Virus record (IMG/VR): IMGVR_UViG_3300037488_001694
Strand: one strand, 5' to 3'
Length of the DNA stretch: 64,000 nt
Source: an uncultured virus (IMG/VR IMGVR_UViG_3300037488_001694)
Taxonomy: Duplodnaviria; Heunggongvirae; Uroviricota; Caudoviricetes
Part shown: positions 49,096 to 56,830 of the stretch, piece after piece
Layout: every line of letters starts with the position of its first letter
Position numbering within the stretch: position 1 is the first letter of the stretch
The notes under the pieces: generated by a model
The model's input: only the letters and a program-made list of their open reading frames with translations
Told to the model about the DNA's origin: nothing
Databases searched by the model: none
Program-made: the position numbers and the translations under genes

Positions 49096-49656
49096 TTAAT
49101 GTCTTACGTTATAATACACCTCAGGTGTAATAATCCAATTATCAGTTAAAGATTCTAATTTTTTAACAAAATCAAAATCTTCACCATCTCTATTTTTATC
49201 AAAAAAAAGATCTTTAAATTTATTTTTATAACAAAATGATATCCCTACTCTTGCAAAGACCAAATCTTTTCTTTCTGGTTCTGGAATAATTAACCCATTT
49301 TGATATTTCATTCTCCATACAATAAAATCATAGTCAACATATTTTTTTTCTAAAGTTTCAACATAATTAGGATTAATAGTATCGTCATCATCTAAAAAAC
49401 CAATCCATTCGGTATCAACTAGTTTGATACCTTCATTTCTAACTAAACCTGACTGACCATTATGTGGACCAACTAAACCGGTTTTATTTATTTTTATTAT
49501 TTTAATTCGCTCATCATTAAACTCAGTACCATCTACACCATCATATATAATAATACATTTCCAATTTGGATTAGTTTGGTTTATTAAAGAATCAATTGTT
49601 CTTACAATGGTAAATCTGTTTAATGAAGGGATTATAAAAGTTATTATTGGTTTCAT
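49096..49656 (-). CDS. glycosyltransferase family 2
   Basis: IIPSLNR...NQTNPNW...RNEGI...FLDDDD...GEDFDF. Confidence 0.85.
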   Translation of the reverse strand: MKPIITFIIPSLNRFTIVRTIDSLINQTNPNWKCIIIYDGVDGTEFNDERIKIIKINKTGLVGPHNGQSGLVRNEGIKLVDTEWIGFLDDDDTINPNYVETLEKKYVDYDFIVWRMKYQNGLIIPEPERKDLVFARVGISFCYKNKFKDLFFDKNRDGEDFDFVKKLESLTDNWIITPEVYYNVRH

Positions 49657-49657
49657 T

Positions 49658-51163
49658 TTACGTATAATAAATATTATTTTTTAATTTATCAAAATTTTCC
49701 TTTATAAAAGGTAATAAAATTTCACTATATTGTTTTGTGATGAGTTTATTTTCGGTATCAATATCTCTTGTTTTTGATTCATAGTGATACGCAACACAAT
49801 TACCATTTATAAGATTATCAAAACCGGATAATTTAATTCGTATATTAAGATCAACATCTTCCCAACAGTAATCATATATTTCGGTAAACATACCTAATTT
49901 GATAAACATATCTTTTCTTATCATCATTAATGCCGCGGTATTTCCAATTACCGAAGAAATTTCTTTATTGTAATTGTAATAAGAATGAAGATTTCTATGG
50001 GTTACCTCTATTGATCTTTTGGATTGGTCTAAAAATATAAAAATACCATCATGTTGTATTGTATTATCTTCATAATGTAATCTCGCACCTACGGTACCAA
50101 CTTTATTATTATTCTTAAATGTTCTTACCATTTCATACACAACATTATTTAATAACTTAATATCGTTATTAGAAAAAAGTATAAATTCATATTCTTTACC
50201 TATATTGTTTTTAACTACATCGTTATTAATTTTTGCAAAATGATAGTAATCATATTCAATCAAATTCACGTTCCTATTTGAATATCTTTCTCTAATTTTG
50301 TTTTTTTCGTCATCTGATGACCCGGTGTCGGCAATAAAAATATCAAACACACTATCATCACAATATTCATAAAATGAATCAATACATCTAAATAACATTT
50401 CAAGATTACTTTTAGTTGGTATAATAACCGCAACCTTACCAATATTTTTTATTGGTTTAACTTTTATTGTTGGGACATATGGTAATTCTGGTCTTAAATC
50501 TAAAGGTAAATTAGATCCCCACTTCTCAATAAATTTTTCCTTACTCTCCCAAAATTCTTGATTTGGTTGACCCACAGATTCATGAGTAATTTCAAATGAA
50601 GATGTAACTCCAATTTTAATACCGTCTAAATAATTTGGAACACAAAATAAATGATCGTAGAAGTGGAACTTTCCGATCGTTTCATCAAACGTATGTTTTA
50701 TTTTTGTTTTATCAAATGATATGAATAATCCATCTATGGTGACGACCGGTATTAGAAAAGGTAATTTTGGGGAGTATCTGTTAATCCATTTTTTCTGACC
50801 TTCTGGATGATGATAAACTTGACCTACCATAGTTAAGTTCATTCTTTCCCAATAAACACCTGACTCAGGAAAATAACAAGATCCTGCTTTTCCAATTATA
50901 CCGAATTCGGGATTATTAGAGAAATCCTCTAATAATTTTTTACCCCAATTCTTTTCAAGTTTAATGTCGTTATGACAACAAACCACAATATCATAAATTG
51001 ATTCTGTTATTCCAGAGTTATAAACATTAGATAATGAATATTGATTATGATTTTCGTATTCTATTATTTGAGGATTCTTCACCCCTATGGTTTCCAATAA
51101 ATGTTTTTTAAATTTATTGTTATACTCCTTATCTTTATGTGTTGAATAAATTACTGTAATCAT
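49658..51163 (-). CDS. two-domain glycosyltransferase (GT-A x2)
   Basis: CHNDI...FHFYD domain plus GT2 VIIPTK...NNDI...EDVDL...HYESKTR. Confidence 0.8.
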   Translation of the reverse strand: MITVIYSTHKDKEYNNKFKKHLLETIGVKNPQIIEYENHNQYSLSNVYNSGITESIYDIVVCCHNDIKLEKNWGKKLLEDFSNNPEFGIIGKAGSCYFPESGVYWERMNLTMVGQVYHHPEGQKKWINRYSPKLPFLIPVVTIDGLFISFDKTKIKHTFDETIGKFHFYDHLFCVPNYLDGIKIGVTSSFEITHESVGQPNQEFWESKEKFIEKWGSNLPLDLRPELPYVPTIKVKPIKNIGKVAVIIPTKSNLEMLFRCIDSFYEYCDDSVFDIFIADTGSSDDEKNKIRERYSNRNVNLIEYDYYHFAKINNDVVKNNIGKEYEFILFSNNDIKLLNNVVYEMVRTFKNNNKVGTVGARLHYEDNTIQHDGIFIFLDQSKRSIEVTHRNLHSYYNYNKEISSVIGNTAALMMIRKDMFIKLGMFTEIYDYCWEDVDLNIRIKLSGFDNLINGNCVAYHYESKTRDIDTENKLITKQYSEILLPFIKENFDKLKNNIYYT

Positions 51164-51768
51164 ATTCCTGTACTTCCAAATCCTTTATCCTCCCTATCTT
51201 TTGAGGTAACGTTATCCACTTCAGTTAATTCAATCCATTTACCACAAACAACAGGTGTCATAACCGCTTGTGCGATTTTCTGACCTTGTTTAATTTCTAC
51301 GGGATTACTAGTTGTGTTAAACATTATAACTTTTATTTCACCAGTATATCCTTGATCTACAGTGCCGGGAGAATTTAAAACCATCAATCCTTGATTTAAC
51401 GCTAAACCACTTTTTGATCTAACTTGTATTTCATAATTTTCAGGTATATCAAAATGTATTCCCGTTGGGATCAAACCTCTACCAAAAGGTTTTAATGTAA
51501 TTGATTCGGTAGAAAATAAGTCCATTCCTGAATCTGTTGGGTATGCGTATGATGGAGATGTTGCATCTGAATTAGATTTACTATAATGTAATTTAATTGT
51601 AGGTTGCATGGATTCCATTGCTCTTTCCAATTCCTCAACATCTAAACCAAATTCTTGGATTATAGAATCATAATCAATTTCTATTTCACCATCGTCTTCC
51701 AACGCCGCTTCAAGAGTACTAACTCGTTTGAGCATTTCCTCAAACTCATCAACTTTATTATCGTTCAT
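51160..51768 (-). CDS. dut: dUTPase with acidic N-terminal extension
   Basis: SGMDL, RSKSGLA, GTVDQGYTGE, GFGSTG motifs. Confidence 0.92.
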   Translation of the reverse strand: MNDNKVDEFEEMLKRVSTLEAALEDDGEIEIDYDSIIQEFGLDVEELERAMESMQPTIKLHYSKSNSDATSPSYAYPTDSGMDLFSTESITLKPFGRGLIPTGIHFDIPENYEIQVRSKSGLALNQGLMVLNSPGTVDQGYTGEIKVIMFNTTSNPVEIKQGQKIAQAVMTPVVCGKWIELTEVDNVTSKDREDKGFGSTGI

Positions 51769-52487
51769 TATTTTAATTGTTTTAATTTTATGATTGCATC
51801 AATCAGAACTTCAACATCTCGTTCACAGTATTCTCCAATTTCTTTTAACATACCTTTGTTCCAATAACAATCATGAACTTTATCTCCTGTTACTTCACCA
51901 CCTTTTGGTGTTGGAATATCTAATGCCGAACACATTAAGTCCAATGATCCAATTGCGGTATACGCACCATATTGCCAAACATCTTTAGTGTCAATTGCTT
52001 TAATCTCCCAAGGTTTAGTATCATATGATGGTAAAATTGATGATGGTTTTAATCCATTAATAATCATACGTTTGGCAATCATAGGAATATCAAAATTCTT
52101 TAAGTTATGTCCACATAAATGGAAATCTAATTTACCACAACGATTTAACAATGTTTGAAGTTCACTTAAAAGTGTTTCTTCATTATCGTTTGAGAATGTT
52201 TGTTTTTTAACTTCATTCTTATCTGTTACGAAAGCAACGCTCACACAAACAATTTTAGCAAATTCAGGGACCAATGCGGTTCTTGTTGAGAAGATTAGGT
52301 TCTTTCTTTCGTTTTCATTCTTACCGATCAATTGATCTTCAGGAAATCTTTTTAAGAACCAATCAAAGTATTTGTCAAATTGTTCTGACAATCTTGGGTA
52401 ATCTTTAACACAAGTATCATAATCTTTTGATATTCCTACTGTTTCAATATCAAGGAATAAAATTTTTGTAATTGGGATGTTAATCAT
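51768..52487 (-). CDS. DnaQ-like 3'-5' exonuclease (PolB exonuclease-like)
   Basis: FLDIET, GHNLKNFDIP, YCERDV (DEDDy). Confidence 0.85.
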   Translation of the reverse strand: MINIPITKILFLDIETVGISKDYDTCVKDYPRLSEQFDKYFDWFLKRFPEDQLIGKNENERKNLIFSTRTALVPEFAKIVCVSVAFVTDKNEVKKQTFSNDNEETLLSELQTLLNRCGKLDFHLCGHNLKNFDIPMIAKRMIINGLKPSSILPSYDTKPWEIKAIDTKDVWQYGAYTAIGSLDLMCSALDIPTPKGGEVTGDKVHDCYWNKGMLKEIGEYCERDVEVLIDAIIKLKQLK

Positions 52488-52490
52488 TTT

Positions 52491-53705
52491 TTATTTAATT
52501 AAGGATTTGTAAAATTCTGCTCTTTCTTTTGTTACGTTGTTAAGATCGTATCTGTCTTTAACTGTTTCATATAATCGTTCACCTAAGTCAACAATCATAT
52601 TTGGGTTCTCTACTAATTTCTTAATATTTTTCGCCCAATCACTGTGGTTGTTTGATTCATTAACTAACAGGGCGTTACCATCGGTAAATTGTCCTTTATC
52701 TAATGCGTGTTTCAAATCAATCGTATATGGACCTACATTAGATGCAATTAATGCTTTCTTATAGAATCCGGCCTCAATAACTTTTAATTGAGATTTCATT
52801 CTATTGAATATATGATTCTGAATTGGGGCCAACGAAATATCAAATTTTGAATAGTTTTTAGCATAAGTTGTAACAGGTCGTGTCCATACTCTTACGTAGT
52901 TTTCATTCTCCCATCCAAAAAATTCTTTTTCCTCAAACTTACTTAAGAATTCTTTATATTTTGGAGTAACAATTTTATAGTTATCCGTAAAGATTTCTTC
53001 ATATCTTGCCCAAACAGTTTCCTCAGGTTTAATTGCTCTTTGTGTCTGTTGACCTGTTTCCTTATTAATTTCCGTAACCGTACCTCTTGTATCAAATCCA
53101 CAAACATAATATTGTAGTTTATCTTGTAATGGAGATAACTTAGAAACAAATCCACTCATTAACTTTAAGTCGTGAAGGTGAGATGATCCACCTAGCCAAC
53201 CAACTCTAATTTTATCGGACGGAAGTGTTTCTTCATTAAATTGTGGATCTTTTGGATTAATGGCATTGGCAAATACCTCAACATTTTTATTATATTTTCT
53301 AATCTCATCCGCAAATAATTTAGTTGTGGTTGTAACATATGATGCAACCTTTAAATTATTCATAATTTTTTCGTGTATTTTATTCTGAATAATTAATTGG
53401 TGGATTGGGTGTTCTTTTGTTGGTAACCAATAGTCATCAATGTCAACAATGACTATGATACCGTTTAATTTTAACCATTCAATAAGGTTTGGAGTTTCTT
53501 CATATGTTTGTCCAATATTTCTATGTACGTGTACAATTTGGTATTTTTTCCAATAGTTTTGATCCATAACTTTTGGTTCGTAGTCAATATCTATATGGAA
53601 ATCATCGGGATACATATTTTGTAACATAACATGGGGGTCAACTGACCTGAACTTTCCTACGCCGGATTTGTCACTTGGGAGAACTAATACATTAATTTTT
53701 GTCAT
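52491..53705 (-). CDS. glycosyltransferase (GT-B)
   Basis: VDIDDYW, GWLGGSSHLHDL, FNRMKSQLKVIEAG; ATG 53705. Confidence 0.75.
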   Translation of the reverse strand: MTKINVLVLPSDKSGVGKFRSVDPHVMLQNMYPDDFHIDIDYEPKVMDQNYWKKYQIVHVHRNIGQTYEETPNLIEWLKLNGIIVIVDIDDYWLPTKEHPIHQLIIQNKIHEKIMNNLKVASYVTTTTKLFADEIRKYNKNVEVFANAINPKDPQFNEETLPSDKIRVGWLGGSSHLHDLKLMSGFVSKLSPLQDKLQYYVCGFDTRGTVTEINKETGQQTQRAIKPEETVWARYEEIFTDNYKIVTPKYKEFLSKFEEKEFFGWENENYVRVWTRPVTTYAKNYSKFDISLAPIQNHIFNRMKSQLKVIEAGFYKKALIASNVGPYTIDLKHALDKGQFTDGNALLVNESNNHSDWAKNIKKLVENPNMIVDLGERLYETVKDRYDLNNVTKERAEFYKSLIK

Positions 53706-53818
53706 AATAAAATATAAATTTATTAGAAATATAATCAATTAATCAATTAATATCAACCCCAAAAACAAAAAACCCCAAACTCAAAGAGAATGGGGAATAA
53801 ATTAAATTATGAATTGTG

Positions 53819-54415
53819 TTATTTGGAAACTTTTTTAACTCTAACGATTTTTCCTTCAAATATATGGTCTCCCACTCTGAATTTAAAAAGGTCATTACTT
53901 TTTGATTCTGACTCAACAAGTAGACCATTCTCCTTTAAAACTTCTTCCATTGTTTCTCTAATAATACTTTTTAAATTATTATTGTTTGGAATACTTTCGT
54001 TAATTTGTTGTTGTGGTTTACGTGGTTGTTGTATTAAATCTCCTTTAGCATTTGTATTCATTAATCTTGATGCCTTCTCAACTAATTCATTAGATAAAAC
54101 AGATCCTGTGGAAACTCCCATGTTTGGTTGTTGTATTGGGTGTTCCATCATTAATTTTTTAATTTCATCAGGTAATCTTGAATTAAGAATTCTATCCGAT
54201 GTTGGTAATTCTGTGTTAACTTTAGTTGGGGTTGCACTTGCTTCTGATAACAAATCAGAAGGTAAATTATAATTGGCTTGTACCGGTGAATACTCTTCTA
54301 CCATAGGTGAAGATAACACATTACCTTGCATTTGATTTCTATTCATTCCATTATGTTTATCCATAATTTGTTTAGAAATCATTAATTTTTGTATTAAATC
54401 TTGTTCTGCTCCCAT
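53819..54415 (-). CDS. hypothetical protein
   Basis: 198-aa ORF in operon. Confidence 0.7.
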   Translation of the reverse strand: MGAEQDLIQKLMISKQIMDKHNGMNRNQMQGNVLSSPMVEEYSPVQANYNLPSDLLSEASATPTKVNTELPTSDRILNSRLPDEIKKLMMEHPIQQPNMGVSTGSVLSNELVEKASRLMNTNAKGDLIQQPRKPQQQINESIPNNNNLKSIIRETMEEVLKENGLLVESESKSNDLFKFRVGDHIFEGKIVRVKKVSK

Positions 54416-54418
54416 TTT

Positions 54419-55072
54419 TTATTTTATATTATTTATTACTAAATCTTGTGACTGACGAATTAAATCTTGTATTTGACTTCTGAAGTTATCTTTATCTTCA
54501 GGTGTTAATTTTCTATTTAATCTTCTTTCTAATTCTTGATAAATTTGTCTATAAGACTCTGCCGCCTTAGATAGATCAACATTTACCAAATATTCTTCAC
54601 CTTCTTTTTGAATAATGTCGTTTATCATTGAATTAACAACAGTTGCAACAATATCATTTATTGAGCTTTCTATTGTTGGTTCTGCTCCTTCATCAAAAAC
54701 AGCGTTAATAATAACTCTGTTCATACTTCTGTCGCCTCTTGGGTTATATCCGGGTCTTGGTGAATCAAAACTTTCACCTGATGGTTTATAAGTTAATATC
54801 TTATCTAACCTAAATAATCTCCATCCCGGTAAAGGTTGTTCTCCTTTATATGCGGTGTGAGATGCTCCTTCTAAATCCCAAGCCCTTAAAACAGGGTTAT
54901 CGGCTTTACTATACCCAAAACATACAGGTTCAATTAAACGCAAACCTTTACCTCCTGGTTCATCACCATCATAGTACACCACAATTTTTTGTTTCTTTTT
55001 AATTGTGTCTGTAACTGAATTAACGGCAACTACCTCAAGGATAATATCTTTTAAAGTATTGTAAAGTTTCAT
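54419..55072 (-). CDS. WYL-domain protein
   Basis: IVVYY...RLIEPVCFG...LRAW...WRLFRLDKI pattern. Confidence 0.7.
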   Translation of the reverse strand: MKLYNTLKDIILEVVAVNSVTDTIKKKQKIVVYYDGDEPGGKGLRLIEPVCFGYSKADNPVLRAWDLEGASHTAYKGEQPLPGWRLFRLDKILTYKPSGESFDSPRPGYNPRGDRSMNRVIINAVFDEGAEPTIESSINDIVATVVNSMINDIIQKEGEEYLVNVDLSKAAESYRQIYQELERRLNRKLTPEDKDNFRSQIQDLIRQSQDLVINNIK

Positions 55073-55359
55073 TACGCCGAAGGAGTTGTGTATGGTTTGT
55101 TAGCTTGATACTCATTTACTTTAATACCATTTTTTCTCTCAAGGGCATCTATTGAAGATCCTCCATTAACGGTATCTAAAAATACTCCAGTACCTTTTCC
55201 TAATTCATCACCATCGGCAATTGCATCAGGGTTAGTTGAAGAGTATTTATTCGTATCTTTATAATCATTCTTTGGGAATAATTTTGATCTCTGTTGTACG
55301 GCAATTTGAGACAACTCATTATCCGGTTGACTAAAATTAAGTGGTTCTGTAACTGGCAT
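55072..55359 (-). CDS. hypothetical protein
   Basis: 95-aa ORF. Confidence 0.7.
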   Translation of the reverse strand: MPVTEPLNFSQPDNELSQIAVQQRSKLFPKNDYKDTNKYSSTNPDAIADGDELGKGTGVFLDTVNGGSSIDALERKNGIKVNEYQANKPYTTPSA

Positions 55360-55360
55360 A

Positions 55361-55828
55361 TTAAATTATTTTTTTCATTATGTCGTTTATCCTTCTTAAG
55401 GCTTCTGTGATTTTTATATCATCATTCACATCTTTATGTGATTTCACATCTCTATTCATATTTGATAACCATCCCATGTCATCAATAAGATCGTCATTAA
55501 CATCGTCGGGCATAACATCATTTGTTATTTCGGGAGTTGTTGTTCCTCTTCTTAAACCATCTATTGTTTGAGTTACCCAACTTCTCATATAATCACCACC
55601 ATTTAAAATATATGGTGCCGATTCTTTTTCACCGTCGTAATAGTTAAACCAATTCTCAATTCTTTCTAATTGTTGAAATGTTGCTTGCTGTCTATCTCTT
55701 AAAAATTCATTTCTTTTATGTCCTTCTACTGAAGCATCAGAATTAGGTACCTGATCAAAACATTGTCCTAGATATTCTAAAAGTTCTTTAGGTAGTGGTA
55801 TCATTTTACCGTATAATTCCTTATTCAC
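55361..55828 (-). CDS. hypothetical protein
   Basis: 155-aa ORF. Confidence 0.7.
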   Translation of the reverse strand: MNKELYGKMIPLPKELLEYLGQCFDQVPNSDASVEGHKRNEFLRDRQQATFQQLERIENWFNYYDGEKESAPYILNGGDYMRSWVTQTIDGLRRGTTTPEITNDVMPDDVNDDLIDDMGWLSNMNRDVKSHKDVNDDIKITEALRRINDIMKKII

Positions 55829-56780
55829 TTTGTTTAAAATGTTTTAATAGTTTATTCAATGATATACCTTCTTTTTCTGCAATTTTTTTAATTGATTCAA
55901 TGTTTCTCATTAATATTTTACTAATTGGAGATTTATCTTCATCCTCTTCTTCTTTTGTTTTTTTTACAAAATCATTATCGTTACTTTTTTTACCAACTAT
56001 TATTTCATCAATCATTTTGGTCATCTTTTGTTTTTCTAATTCCGATAATCTTCTTTTAGTAAAACAATTTTTACATTCTCCTCTTTTCTTTTCTTGTTTT
56101 AATTGTTTGTCTAAGTTGGGATCAAACCCTAAAACTTCCAATCTTTCATGTCTTTCACAATCATCTTCTATCCCTAAATCAATTAATACTTCATCTGCTT
56201 CGTCATATGTTGAAACATTTTCTGTTTCATCATAAGCAAACGTAGGCTTCAAATCATACTCGTCTAACATTTTTTCATCACCCTTTTCTTCAGATTCACC
56301 GTAGTAAACTCTATAACCTCTAACAACAGGGTTATTTGTTTGTCTTGTGGCGATAACCGTTTGGTCCATTGTTTTTCTTGGGTGCATACCTAAATCTAAC
56401 ATTGGTGTTGATTTTCCAATCATAGACCCATCAGAATTTACTAACTCATCAATCTCACCTCCCGATTTTTTTTCTTTGTGTTTTTCAGGAATTTTACTAT
56501 TTAATTTAATTCCTAATTTTTTACTTAGTTCAACAATAAATGGTGTAGCGATTGTAGAACCAGGTAAAATTTGAATAACGATTAACGGAATTAATTTTAA
56601 AAGATCTTGTGATTGGTCTTTTATAAATTGTATATCCTCATCGTCTAATTTAAACTTTTTATCCTTTTTATACTCTTTCGCTGCCGACATCAATATCTTA
56701 ACCAACAACCTAGTTTCTTTCGCCTCACTAGTTGCTGCGTTTTTGTATTTTTTAAGTTCGTCAGTAATTTTACTCATCAT
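55821..56780 (-). CDS. hypothetical protein with LETM1-like N-terminal region
   Basis: DQSQDLLKLIPLIVIQILPG hydrophobic segment. Confidence 0.5.
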   Translation of the reverse strand: MMSKITDELKKYKNAATSEAKETRLLVKILMSAAKEYKKDKKFKLDDEDIQFIKDQSQDLLKLIPLIVIQILPGSTIATPFIVELSKKLGIKLNSKIPEKHKEKKSGGEIDELVNSDGSMIGKSTPMLDLGMHPRKTMDQTVIATRQTNNPVVRGYRVYYGESEEKGDEKMLDEYDLKPTFAYDETENVSTYDEADEVLIDLGIEDDCERHERLEVLGFDPNLDKQLKQEKKRGECKNCFTKRRLSELEKQKMTKMIDEIIVGKKSNDNDFVKKTKEEEDEDKSPISKILMRNIESIKKIAEKEGISLNKLLKHFKQSE

Positions 56781-56830
56781 AAGTATTTTTTACAATAAAT
56801 ACTTCGTTTGCTGTATTTATTAAAAAAAAG

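Noticed and set aside
42553..51163. Bacterial O-antigen or capsule locus (host contamination)
   Set aside because: Contiguous and co-oriented with phage sigma, phoH, dut and baseplate genes; no wzx, wzy or export genes
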